Assembly (NCBI GenBank): GCA_963813335.1
Contig: CAWEYL010000003.1
Coordinates: forward strand, 64,001 to 128,000
DNA: 64,000 nucleotides
Origin: an uncultured Chloroflexia bacterium
GTDB lineage: Bacteria > Chloroflexota > Limnocylindria > Limnocylindrales > CSP1-4
Direction of reading: 5' to 3'
Position numbers and translations under genes: made by a program. The notes below the pieces were generated by a model that did no database searches, was not told the DNA's origin, and worked only from the letters and a program-made list of their open reading frames with translations. Below, in pieces: positions 10,927 through 22,029 of this stretch (position 1 is the stretch's first letter; each line of letters begins with the position of its first letter).

Positions 10927-12016
10927 CTACCACCCCAGCGCGACAGCGACAGCGCCGACGGTCGGCGCAGTCTCGATCCAGCGGCCCACCTGCCGCTCGG
11001 CGGTCGTCGGGTCCTTGAGGCCGTGGCCGGTGAGGACGCAGGCCACCAGCGCGTCGGGGTCGAGCTCGCGGGCGGCGGCGGCCCTGCGCAGGCCGGCGAT
11101 GCCCGCGGCCGAGGCCGGCTCGCAGAAGATGCCCTCCAGCCGGGCGACATCCCGGTAGGCCGCCAGGATCTCGTCGTCCGTCACGGCATCGATCCGGCCA
11201 TGCGAGCGGTCGCGCGCCTCGATGGCCAGCTCCCAGGACGCCGGGTCGCCGATCCGGATCGCGGTCGCGACGGTCTCAGGGTGGTCGACCCGTCGCCCGC
11301 TGACGAGCGGCGCCGCGCCCGCGGCCTGGAAACCCCACATGCGCGGGGTCCCGGTCACCATCCCGGCCGCGGCATAAGCCTGGAACCCCATCCAGTACGC
11401 GCTGATGTTGCCGGCGTTACCGACGGGGATGGCCAGCACGTCCGGCGGGCGGCCGAGCGCGTCGCAGATCTCGAAGGCGGCCGTCTGCTGGCCTTCGAGG
11501 CGGAAGGGGTTGACGGAGTTCACGAGGGTCACGGGGTGGTCTCCCTGCTCGGCGAGCGCGCGCACGATCGTGAGGGCCTGGTCGAAGTTGCCGTCGATGG
11601 CGACGACGCGGGCGCCGGCGACCAGCGCCTGGAGCAGCTTGCCGGTGGCGATCTGGCCCTTTGGCAGGACGACGATCGCCTCCATCCCGGCGGCCGCCGC
11701 GTAGGCCGCCGCCGATGCCGAGGTGTTCCCGGTCGAGGCGCAGACGACGCTTGTCGCACCCTCCTCGGCGGCCTTGGCCACGGCCAGCACCATCCCGCGG
11801 TCCTTGAACGAGCCGGTCGGGTTCTGGCCCTCCACCTTCAGATAGAGGTTCGGGACCCCGATGGCCGCACCGAGGCGCGCCGCGTGGACGAGCGGCGTGT
11901 CGCCCTCGCCGAGGGTCAGCGCCGGGGTCGCGTCGGTGACCGGGAGGAAACGCGCGTAACGCTCCATCAGCCGCGGACGCGGGGCGCGGGCGGTGGGTGG
12001 CAGGGTCGCGCGCGGG

Positions 12017-12024
<8 letters not shown>
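10927..12024 (-). CDS. thrC: Threonine synthase
   Basis: [12 protein letters not shown] lysine motif [25 protein letters not shown] and LTGHGLKD. Confidence 0.95.
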
Positions 12025-13129
<1,105 letters not shown>

Positions 13130-13320
13130 CGGGGCGGCGCTCAACGGTGGGCTCGGCGGGGGCGGGACATCGGGGTCGATGGTAGCGGACGGCGTGACGC
13201 GGCCGGGCGCTCCGGGCGGTCGTGGTGGTGCGGGAGCACCCCGGTTCAGCGGCGGACGCCCGACCGGCGCGACCCGGTTCCTGTGCCGGACGCCACCGTG
13301 TCGCCGCCGGCCGCCGCACA

Positions 13321-13517
13321 CCGGCATACGGCACAACGCTCGCCCACAGATCGTTATGGCCGATGGCCGGCCGGATCCACGCGATCTCGACGCCGACAGC
13401 CGGGAGCGCGAGCGTGGATCGGCGGGGATCTTCCGAGATCGGGCTCCGTCGGGCACCCAGTCGAGCCCCGGACCGGCCATAACGTTCTGTCCATGGTCGT
13501 TGTGCCAGGTTTGTCGG
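13321..13517. repeat. ~200-bp element bounded by long imperfect inverted repeats (REPIN/MITE-like or structured ncRNA)
   Basis: 13330-13362 GGCACAACG-N7-ACAGATCGTTATGGCCG matches the reverse complement of 13474-13506 (GGCACAACG-N7-ACAGAACGTTATGGCCG). Internal hairpin GATCCACGC/GCGTGGATC. Confidence 0.75.
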
Positions 13518-13524
13518 GGTAGGC

Positions 13525-13566
13525 CCCGCGGCGCAGCGGCCCGCGGCGCAGCGGCCCGCGGCGCGG
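13525..13566. repeat. 15-bp tandem repeat, about 2.8 copies
   Basis: CCCGCGGCGCAGCGG twice plus a partial third copy. Confidence 0.8.
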
Positions 13567-13624
13567 CCACGCCGACGGCGTGACGCGGCCGAGCGGCCCG
13601 GGCGGTCCGCTACACTCGCCGACG

Positions 13625-14644
13625 ATGACGACCGAAGCCGTCCCCGCACCGGCCCCTGCCGCCGACGCCGCCGTCCGACCGCGGATCTTCAGCGGGATCC
13701 AGCCGTCGGGCGCGCCTCATCTCGGCAACGACCTGGGTGCGATCCGCAACTACGTCCGGCTCCAGGCCGAGTACGACACGATCTACTGCATCGTCGACTA
13801 CCACGCCCTGACCAGCCTCCACGACCCCGACGCGCTGCGGGCGCGGACCCGCGAGATGGCCGCCGCCCTGGTGGCCCTGGGCCTCGACCCGGACCGCTGC
13901 ATCCTCTTCGTGCAGAGCCACCGGCCCGAGCACACCGAGCTGGCCTGGCTGCTGATGACGGTCACCCCGGTCAGCTGGCTCGAGCGGACGCCGACGTACA
14001 AGGAGAAGAAGGAGAACCAGCCCGACGACATCAACCACGGGCTGCTCACCTACCCGGTCCTGCAGGCCGCGGACATCGTCATCTACAAGGCCTCGCTGGT
14101 CCCCGTCGGCAAGGACCAGGCCGCCCACCTGGAGCTGTCGCGCGAGATCGTCCGGCGCTTCAACTCCATCTACGGCGAGACATTCCCGGAGCCGCAGGCG
14201 GTCCACACCGAGGTGCCCATCGTGCTCGGCACCGACGGCGTCCGGAAGATGAGCAAGTCGCTCGGGAACACCATCGACATCCTGGCCGAGCCCGAGGTCA
14301 TCCGCCGCCAGGTCATGAGCATGGTCACCGACACGCAGCGCATCCTGCGGACCGACCCGGGCCGCCCGGAGGTCTGCAACGTGTGCCAGCTCCACCGCTT
14401 CTTCGGGGCCGACTACGAGACGATCTGGGACGGCGAGCGGACCGCCCGGACCGGCTGCGTCGACACCAAGAAGCTGCTCGCGGAGCGCATCATCGCCCAC
14501 TACGCCGAGGCGCGAGCGCGTTTTGCCGAGCTGATGGCCGACCCGGCGCGGATCGACCGGATCCTCGCGGACGGCGCGGAGCGCGCCAGGCCGCTGGCCG
14601 AGGCCACGATGGCCGAAGTCCGCGAGCGGATGGGGCTTCGCTAG
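13625..14644 (+). CDS. trpS: Tryptophan--tRNA ligase
   Basis: FSGIQPSG, HLGN, YPVLQAADI, VPVGKDQ and KMSKS. A -10-like TACACT lies 8 nt before the ATG. Confidence 0.96.
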   Translation: MTTEAVPAPAPAADAAVRPRIFSGIQPSGAPHLGNDLGAIRNYVRLQAEYDTIYCIVDYHALTSLHDPDALRARTREMAAALVALGLDPDRCILFVQSHRPEHTELAWLLMTVTPVSWLERTPTYKEKKENQPDDINHGLLTYPVLQAADIVIYKASLVPVGKDQAAHLELSREIVRRFNSIYGETFPEPQAVHTEVPIVLGTDGVRKMSKSLGNTIDILAEPEVIRRQVMSMVTDTQRILRTDPGRPEVCNVCQLHRFFGADYETIWDGERTARTGCVDTKKLLAERIIAHYAEARARFAELMADPARIDRILADGAERARPLAEATMAEVRERMGLR

Positions 14645-14677
14645 GACCCGCAGGGGCTCGCCACGGAGGACCGAACG

Positions 14678-15892
14678 ATGATCGACGACCGACCGGGCGG
14701 ACGGGATCGGCGACTCGTGAGCGCGATCCTGGTGCTCGGCGCGGTCGCGCTCTTCTTCATCGTCCTGGACCAGCTGGCCTCGTTCCTGTCCTTCTTCGCG
14801 GACATCCTGCTGACCTTCTTCCTGGCCTGGCTCCTCGCGTTCATCATCAGCCCGATCGTCACCCGGATCATCGCCGCGATCCCCAAGCTGCCGCGGGTCC
14901 TGGCCACCGTCATCGTCTATACCGGGGTGGTCGCGATCCTCGTCGTGATCATCGTGGTGGTCGCCGGCGCCCTGACGACGTCCATCGCCGAGTTCGTCGC
15001 CTCGATCCCGCAGATCCAGCACGACCTGCCCTCGATCGTCGCCCCCTGGCAATCGTGGCTCGACTCGGTCGGGCTCAGCCAGATCGATCTCCTGACCCAG
15101 CTGACGTCGATCCTCGACAACCTCGACCAGGTCGCCGCGGTGCTGGTCACGCCGCTGCAGCAGATCGCGGTGGCCAGCCTGAGCGTGGTCGGGACGATGC
15201 TGATCGTCTTCTTCCTCTCGATCTACATGGTCATCGACCGCGACCAGATCATGGCCTTCCTCTTCCGGCTGGTGCCGCCGTCGTACGCGGACGAGGCCCG
15301 CCTGCTCCAGACCTCCGTGTCGCGCTCGTTCGGCGGGTTCCTGCGCGGGCAGGCCCTGATGGGGGCGGTCTACTTCCTGATCGCGCTGATCACGAGCGTC
15401 GTCATGGGACTGCCGCTGGTCGCCCTGACCTCGGTCTCCGCCGGGCTCCTGATGGCCATCCCGTTCTTCGGGCCGTTCGTGGCCTGGGCCCCGCCGGTGA
15501 TCATCGCCCTGCTCTTCCAGCCGGACGCGCTGCTGCCGACCACCGCGCTCATGGTCGCAGGCTGGTTCGTGGTGATGAACGTCCTGCAGCCGCGGATCAT
15601 GCAGGACTCCGTCGGGATCCACCCGATCGTGGTCCTCGGCTCGGTGCTCATCGGATCGCGGCTCGCCGGCATCCCGGGGGCCATCTTCGGCATCCCGATC
15701 GCGGCAGTCGCCTCGGCGTTCTTCTTCCACTTCCTCCATCGCTCGTCGGGCGACCGGTCCGTCGCCGGGCGCGCCGCGAAGCGTTTGTCGGAGCGCGAAG
15801 GCCGGCCCGTCCGGGTCCCGCGCGAGCCCGCGCCCGGCACGGCCGCGGACGTGGAGGACGCCGGCCCCGATACCGCGGAGGCCGTCACGTGA
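14678..15892 (+). CDS. AI-2E (PerM/UPF0118) family transporter
   Basis: Multi-TM protein with GFLRGQ, IPFFGPF, LQPRIM..SVGIHP and GAIFGIPIAA. Confidence 0.88.
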   Translation: MIDDRPGGRDRRLVSAILVLGAVALFFIVLDQLASFLSFFADILLTFFLAWLLAFIISPIVTRIIAAIPKLPRVLATVIVYTGVVAILVVIIVVVAGALTTSIAEFVASIPQIQHDLPSIVAPWQSWLDSVGLSQIDLLTQLTSILDNLDQVAAVLVTPLQQIAVASLSVVGTMLIVFFLSIYMVIDRDQIMAFLFRLVPPSYADEARLLQTSVSRSFGGFLRGQALMGAVYFLIALITSVVMGLPLVALTSVSAGLLMAIPFFGPFVAWAPPVIIALLFQPDALLPTTALMVAGWFVVMNVLQPRIMQDSVGIHPIVVLGSVLIGSRLAGIPGAIFGIPIAAVASAFFFHFLHRSSGDRSVAGRAAKRLSEREGRPVRVPREPAPGTAADVEDAGPDTAEAVT

Positions 15893-16816
15893 GCGACGAC
15901 CCGCCGGACCTCTCGCGCGAGCGGGCACGGACCGAGCGGCGCGACATCGACAAGGAACGCGGCGAGCCCGTCGCGGGCGGGTCGGCGCGGGGCGGGCCGC
16001 GGGCGCTGCGCGGCAACGCGAGACCGCTGGGCGAATGGGATGGCCGGCCGCGGATCCTCGTGACCAACGACGACGGGGTCGAATCGCGCGGCCTCCTCGC
16101 GCTCAAGACCGGCGCTCGATCCGATCGGCGACGTGACGGTCGTCGCCCCCGACACCAACCAGAGCGCGGTCGGCCACCAGAAGACCCTGATGCGCCCGCT
16201 TCGAGTGCGCGAGCGGACGCTCGGCGACGGCTCGCTCGCCTACTCGGTGGACGGCTCCCCGACGGACGCGGTGAGCCTCGCCTTCCTCGGCTACTTCGGG
16301 CACACCTTCGACCTCGTGGCGTCCGGCATCAACTACGGCGCCAACCTCGGCGACGACATCACCTACTCGGGCACGGTCAGCGCGGCGATGGAAGCGGTCA
16401 TCAACAACTGCCCGGGCTTCGCGATCTCGCAGGAGTACTACGAGCACCCCGATTTCGAGCTCGCCGGGCTGGCGGCGACGACCGTGGCGCGCAACATCCT
16501 CGAGCACGGCCTCTCGCCCGGCGAGCTCATCAACGTGAACGTGCCGGCGGTGACCCTCGAGGAGTGCGCCGGGTTCGAGGTGACCCGCCTCGGCAAGCGG
16601 ATCTACCAGGACGAGCTGATCCAGCGCCTCGACCCGCGCGGCATCCCCTATTTCTGGATCGGCGGCCCGCCCCCGTCGGGCCTGTCCGTGGAGGGCACGG
16701 ACTTCCACGCGGTCGTCAATCGGCGCATCGCGGTCACGCCCATCCATCTCGACCTCACGGGACGCAGCCTCCTGAAGCGGCTGCGGACGTGGTCGTGGCC
16801 CCTCGAGGAGGCCTGA
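15889..16816 (+). CDS. surE: 5'/3'-nucleotidase SurE with an Arg-rich N-terminal extension; frameshift near 16110
   Basis: ILVTNDDG, VVAPDTNQSA, DGSPTDAV, SGINYGANLG and YSGTVSAA. Confidence 0.92.
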
Positions 16817-16880
16817 CCGCGTCACGCCAGCCGGCGTACCATGCCCCCTCCCGGACGCGCCGACGAGTGGGAGGACGACC

Positions 16881-17372
16881 ATGGACGACCTGACCAAGCT
16901 GATGTCCAGCGTCAGCGGCGACGGCGGGACCGGCAGCCCGGACCCGATGGCGGCCCTCAGCGGCCTCCAGCAGGCGGTCCAGCAGGAGGGCGGCATCGAC
17001 GCCCTCGTCGGCAAGCTCAAGGACGCCGGCCTCGGCGACCAGGTCGATTCATGGATCGGGACGGGCGAGAACCAGGCCGTCGAGCCGGCGGCGCTCGGCC
17101 AGGCCCTCGGACCGGACACCGTGCAGCGGCTGTCGGCCGGCTCCGGGATCGACGCGGGCAAGCTGCTCCCGCTGCTCGCGGCGTTCCTGCCGCAGATCGT
17201 CAACATGCTCACCCCGCACGGGAAGGTCCCCGACGGCGGACTCGGTCAGGCAGCCAGCGGGATGGACCTGGGCGGAGTGCTCGGCGGGCTCCTGGGCGGG
17301 GCCGGCGGGACCGGCGGCAGCCCGGATCTCGGCGGGATGCTCGGCGGGCTCCTGGGCGGCACGAAGGGCTGA
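16881..17372 (+). CDS. YidB (DUF937) family protein
   Basis: GLGDQVDSWIGTGENQ and LPQIVNMLTPHG, with a Gly-rich tail. SD GGAGG. Confidence 0.85.
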   Translation: MDDLTKLMSSVSGDGGTGSPDPMAALSGLQQAVQQEGGIDALVGKLKDAGLGDQVDSWIGTGENQAVEPAALGQALGPDTVQRLSAGSGIDAGKLLPLLAAFLPQIVNMLTPHGKVPDGGLGQAASGMDLGGVLGGLLGGAGGTGGSPDLGGMLGGLLGGTKG

Positions 17373-17399
17373 CCGCCCGGCCGGGCGTCGTCGCCCGGT

Positions 17400-17440
17400 C
17401 ATCGACGGACGTCCATGCCGGACTCGACCACGGTCCGTGG
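17400..17440. promoter_or_regulatory. Two short inverted repeats upstream of the PPOX-family gene
   Basis: CATCGAC-GGAC-GTCCATG (17400-17417) and CCACGG-T-CCGTGG (17428-17440), upstream of a -10-like CATGCT. Confidence 0.3.
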
Positions 17441-17472
17441 CCCGGGCACGCCCATCCCGACATGCTCCGGGC

Positions 17473-18054
17473 ATGGAGTACTCGCTCGCCGTCACCCGGA
17501 TCCAGCGCTTCCTCGAGGAGGAGGCGATCGTCTGGCTGTCCACCGTGCGACCGGACGGCACCCCGCACATCGTGCCGGTCTGGTTCTGGTGGGACGGGAC
17601 GTCGCTGCTGGTCTTCTCCAAGCCGGACGCCGTGAAGGTCCGCAACCTGCGCGCCGGGTCGTCGGTGATGCTGGGTGTCGGCGATGCCGACGAGGACTTC
17701 GACATCGGCCTGTTCCAGGGCCGCGCCGAGATCCTCGACGCGCCGACGGCCGAGGTCATGCCTGCCGGGCACCTCGAGAAGTACGCCACGCACATGGCCG
17801 GCATCGGCCTGGCGCCCGAGGAATACGTGGCGACCTACTCCCTGGCCGTGCGCATCACCCCGAGCCACTACCTCGGCTGGCATGGCCGCTCGATCCCGCA
17901 GAGCGTGCGCGTCGCGGGGGCGCCGCAGACGACCATCGACGAGCCGGCCCTCGGCCGGCCGAGCCTGCGCGACTGGCTGGGCGAGCCGCTCGCCCGCGGG
18001 CTGCGCGGCTTCGGGGTGGGCCTGCTCCGACCGGGAGCCGCGGGGGCGCTCTGA
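17473..18054 (+). CDS. Pyridoxamine 5'-phosphate oxidase-like (PPOX class, possibly F420-dependent) protein
   Basis: WLSTVRPDGTPHIVPVWFWWDG..KVRNLR split-barrel motif. Confidence 0.85.
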   Translation: MEYSLAVTRIQRFLEEEAIVWLSTVRPDGTPHIVPVWFWWDGTSLLVFSKPDAVKVRNLRAGSSVMLGVGDADEDFDIGLFQGRAEILDAPTAEVMPAGHLEKYATHMAGIGLAPEEYVATYSLAVRITPSHYLGWHGRSIPQSVRVAGAPQTTIDEPALGRPSLRDWLGEPLARGLRGFGVGLLRPGAAGAL

Positions 18055-18260
18055 CCGGCGGCCCTGCTCCGGCGTGAGCGTTGCGTCCGGACGGTCTCCA
18101 TGAGATAGGACGTGTGGCTCTGGCCAGCCGATCCGCGACGGCGTGTACTTCTGGGGGATCCGCCTCGAGACCGAGGCGGTGCGCGCCCGGCGCGGCATTC
18201 CCCTCACGGCACGTGCGAGGTACCTCGTCAGGTGGGTTCGCATTCCCAGGGAGGCGTGCA

Positions 18261-19175
18261 GTGACGGCCATCATCGAAACCGAGCGGCTGACCAAGTCCT
18301 ACGGCACGCATCGCGGGATCATCGACGTCGATCTCGACGTCCAACGGGGTGAGATCTTCGGCTTTCTTGGGCCGAACGGCGCGGGCAAGACCACGACGAT
18401 CCGGATCCTGCTCGACCTGATTCGACCGACAGAGGGGCATGCCCGCGTCTTCGGTATCGAGACGACCGTCGACCCAGTCGCGATCCACCGTCGCGTCGGC
18501 TACCTGCCCGGGGAGTTCGCCCTGTACGACCGGCTGACGGGCGGAGAGACGATCGACTACTTCGCCAACCTCCGCGGCAGCGTCGATCCGACCTACAAGG
18601 CGGACCTCATCGCCCGACTCGACCTCGACCCGAGCCGCCCCTTCAAGGAGTACTCGAAGGGCAACAAGCAGAAGGTCGGGCTCGTCATCGCCCTCCAGCA
18701 CCGACCCGACCTGCTCATGCTCGATGAGCCCACCGCCGGGCTCGACCCGCTCGTCCAGCAGGCGTTCTTCGAGCTCCTGCGCGAGACCGTCCGCGAGGGC
18801 CGAACAGCCTTCCTCTCGAGCCACATCCTCGGCGAGGTCGAGAAGACCTGCGATCGCGTGGCGATCATCCGGGAAGGCCGCATCGTCAAGGTGGATCGCG
18901 TCGAAGCGCTCCGTGACCTTGCCCATCACCAGGTCGAGCTGCAGTTCGCGGCCCCGGTCGCACCGGGCGTGTTCGCCGAGATCCCCGGCGTGAGCGACGT
19001 GGCGGTCGAGGGTCTTCGGCTTCGGATGCGCGTGACCGGCTCGATCGCGCCGGTCGTGTACGCCGCGACCGCGTTCGAGCTGGTCGACCTGGAAGCCCGC
19101 GAGCCATCACTCGAGGAGACGTTCCTCGCCCAGTATCGGCGCGAGGCCGTCGGGGTGGACGGCCATGACCGCTGA
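18261..19175 (+). CDS. ABC exporter ATP-binding protein
   Basis: GPNGAGKTT, YSKGNKQK, LDEPTAGLDP and SSHILGEV. SD GGGAGG before the GTG. Confidence 0.92.
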   Translation: MTAIIETERLTKSYGTHRGIIDVDLDVQRGEIFGFLGPNGAGKTTTIRILLDLIRPTEGHARVFGIETTVDPVAIHRRVGYLPGEFALYDRLTGGETIDYFANLRGSVDPTYKADLIARLDLDPSRPFKEYSKGNKQKVGLVIALQHRPDLLMLDEPTAGLDPLVQQAFFELLRETVREGRTAFLSSHILGEVEKTCDRVAIIREGRIVKVDRVEALRDLAHHQVELQFAAPVAPGVFAEIPGVSDVAVEGLRLRMRVTGSIAPVVYAATAFELVDLEAREPSLEETFLAQYRREAVGVDGHDR

Positions 19176-20857
19176 GATCGTCGGCCGGCCGGGGCCGGCG
19201 GTATCGCCGCATCCGTCGCTCGTTGGTCGCGTCTACGGGCTGGGCAGCATCTTCGGCAAGACGTTGCACGACTCCCGGTGGAGCATCCTCACCATCGTTG
19301 CCCTGATCGGGGTGATGATCGTCGCCGGGGGCGGCACCATGGCATCCACGTACGGGACGCCCGAGACACGCGGCGAGCTCGCGATGATGTCGAGGACCCT
19401 GCCGCCCGTGCTGGCGGGCATCTACGGCGATCCGCTCCGCGTCGACACGCTTGGCGGGTTCATCTCCTGGCACTACGGCGCGTACTTCGCGCTGCTGGCG
19501 GGCCTGTGGTCGATCCTCGCCTTGTCGTCCACGCTCGCCGGCGAGGCGAAGCGCGGCAGCCTGGATCTCGCGGCCGTGACGCCCCGGTCGAGGCGCGTCC
19601 TCGCGCTCGAGAAGCTGGCCGGTCACGTGGTCGCCGTCGCCATCGCGATGACCATCGTCGGCGTGCTGACATGGCTGACCGGCGCGAACTTCGCCAAGTT
19701 CGAGGGCGACAGCATCGCGGTCGACGCGGCGTTCGCGTTCGCCGTGGGCGTCGCCCTGAAGGCGCTCATCGCGGGGTCGATCGCGTTCGCCATCGCTCCG
19801 ATCCTCGGACGCGGCGCGGCGGCGGGGATCGCGGGCGCTGTCATGCTCGCGGCCTACCTCCTGAACAGCTACCGCGGCGTCGCGCCTGCGTTCGACGGGC
19901 CCGCGAACCTGGCCTGGTTCTCGTGGACTCGCGGCCATGTGCCGCTCGCCGACAGTGACGACTGGCCGTCGCTCGGCGCTCGTCGTGCTCGTCACGATCA
20001 TCCTCTTCGCGGTCGGGATCGAGGTCTTCGCACGACGGGACATCGGGGTCACGGTCGGCGTCAGAACGCCCCGCATGCCCCGGCTGCTGCTCGGCGTGCG
20101 CGGGCCGACCGGCCGGTCGTTCGGCGAGCTCCTGCCGACCGCCGTGTGGTGGGGCCTCGGCCTCGGGCTGTACGGGTTCGTCATGGCGGTGTCCAGCACG
20201 GCGTTCATCGACGGATTGCGACGCTCGCCGGGGGTCATCGAGGCGTTCAACGACATCGTGCCCGGCATGGACCTGACCACGTCGGCCGGGTTCCTGCAGT
20301 TCGTCTTCGTCGACATGGGCCTGCTGCTCGTCGGTCTGGCCGCCGCGACCTTCGTCGCGGGTTGGTCGTCCGACGAAACCAGCGGCCGGTTCGAGCTCCT
20401 CCTCACGACGCCGCTCACCCGCGTCCGGTGGGCGCTCGCAGGCGGGGTCGGCGTGTGGCTGGCCATCATCGTCACCGTCGGCCTCGTGGCCATCGGACTG
20501 GCCTTCGGGGTCAACGCGAGCGGTGACGATCCGGTCCAGCCCACGGTCGGCCTCCTGGCCGTTGCCTTGTACGGGGCGGCCATGGCCGGCATCGGGTTCG
20601 CGGTCGGCGGCCTGACCCGGCCGTCGCTCGCGGCGCCGACCGTCGTGGCGGTCACGATCGGCACGTTCCTCCTCCAGATCCTGGCGCCGGCACTCAGGCT
20701 CCCGGACTGGGCAGGGCAGCTGGCGCTGAGCAGTCACATGGGCCACCCGCTCGTCGGATCATGGGATCCGGCGGGGGTCGCAGCCTGCCTCGCATTGGCG
20801 GCGTGCGGGCTGGTGCTCGGCGCCTGGGGCCTGCGGCGTCGAGACGTCGGGGGATGA
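19165..20857 (+). CDS. ABC-2 permease with two tandem membrane domains; frameshift near 19978
   Basis: Two homologous halves (GEAKRGSLDLAAVTPRSR and DETSGRFELLLTTPLTR) split over two frames. Confidence 0.82.
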
Positions 20858-20861
20858 CCCC

Positions 20862-21987
20862 CTAGCGCAGGGTCGTCGTCGCGTAGCGCTCGAGGCGCTC
20901 CAGCGACCTCGGGCAGGTCCGTCCGCCCGAACCCGATCCGGAAGTGGTTGCCCGGGTGCCCGAACTGCGAGCCCGGAAGGAGCAGGACGCCCTCCGCCTC
21001 GACCAGGCCCGCCGCCCAGTCGTCGATGCGCAGCCCCGGCACCGTGAGCCGCGGATAGCCCACCGAGCCCGCCCGCGGGCGGACCCACTCGAAGCGGTCC
21101 GCCCAGTCCTCGAAGAAGCCGTCGAGCCGGGCGATGCCGGCCTCGACGATCCCGCGCGACCGGGCGAGGATCCGGTCGCGCGCCCGCAGGCCGATCAACG
21201 CGAGGATCTCCGACGGCGCCGACGAGCAGATGGTCGTGTAGTCCTTGACGGCCGAGCACCGGGCGAGGAGCTCGCGGTCGCGGGTCGCCAGCCAGCCGAT
21301 GCGCAGGCCGGCCATCGCGAACGACTTCGACATCACCCCCAGCGAGATCCCGCGCTCGAACGCCGCGGCGCCGGCCGGCAGGCGATCCGCCTCGTCGAAC
21401 TCGAGGAACCGGTAGACCTCGTCCGCGAGCAGGTGGACGCCGCGGGCGTCGAGCGCGTCGGTCAGGACGGCCCACTCGGCGGCCGTCGGCAGCATGCCGG
21501 TCGGGTTGTGCGGGGCGTTGACGACGACGACCGTGGTCGCCGGCGTGAGCGCCGCGAGCAGGCGGTCGACGTCGAGCGCCCAGCCGTCGACCTCGTGGAG
21601 CTCGTGGAGCGTGACGTCCGCGCCCGCCGCGCGAGCCACCTCGTGCAGGCTCTGGTAGGCGGGCCACGTCGCGACGACGTGGTCGCCCGGACCGGCGATG
21701 ACGTTCATGAGGCAGAAGATCGCCTCCTCGGCGCCGGCGAACACCAGCACGTCGTCTGCGTCGAGGCCGTCGTAGAGCGTCGCGATCTCGCGACGCAGCA
21801 GCGGATGACCGGTCGATTCGGTGTAGCCGAGCGTCAGGCCGTCCCACAGGTCGCGCGTCTCGTCGTCCGCGAGCGCGAGCAGGTCGCCCATCGGCACGCC
21901 CTGGACGTCCGAGGCGCACAGGAGGTGCTCGACGGCGAACTCCCAGCGGGCGAAGTAGCGTTCGAGGGCGAAGTCGGCGATGCGCAT
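20862..21987 (-). CDS. PLP-dependent class I/II aminotransferase (capreomycidine synthase-like subfamily); indel near the 3' end
   Basis: FALERYFARWEF, LGYTESTG, NAPHNPTG, DEVY, PLP lysine motif MSKSFAMAGLRIGW and FRIGFG. Confidence 0.88.
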
Positions 21988-22029
21988 GTCCGCATCATGC
22001 CGGACCGGGCTCGGCCGTATCCTCCCGCC

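Noticed and set aside
13141-13170. Nine-codon uORF MSRPRRAHR in front of hom
   Set aside because: More simply explained as the true hom start displaced by an indel in a C run, given the error rate in this window.
13218-13232. Four consecutive Thr codons (RTTTTA) on the minus strand upstream of hom-thrC-thrB, suggesting a thrL-like attenuator
   Set aside because: They lie in a long open shadow frame with no nearby start or stop. They are also upstream of the apparent -10 box (TACCAT, 13179-13184), and no terminator with a U tract follows.
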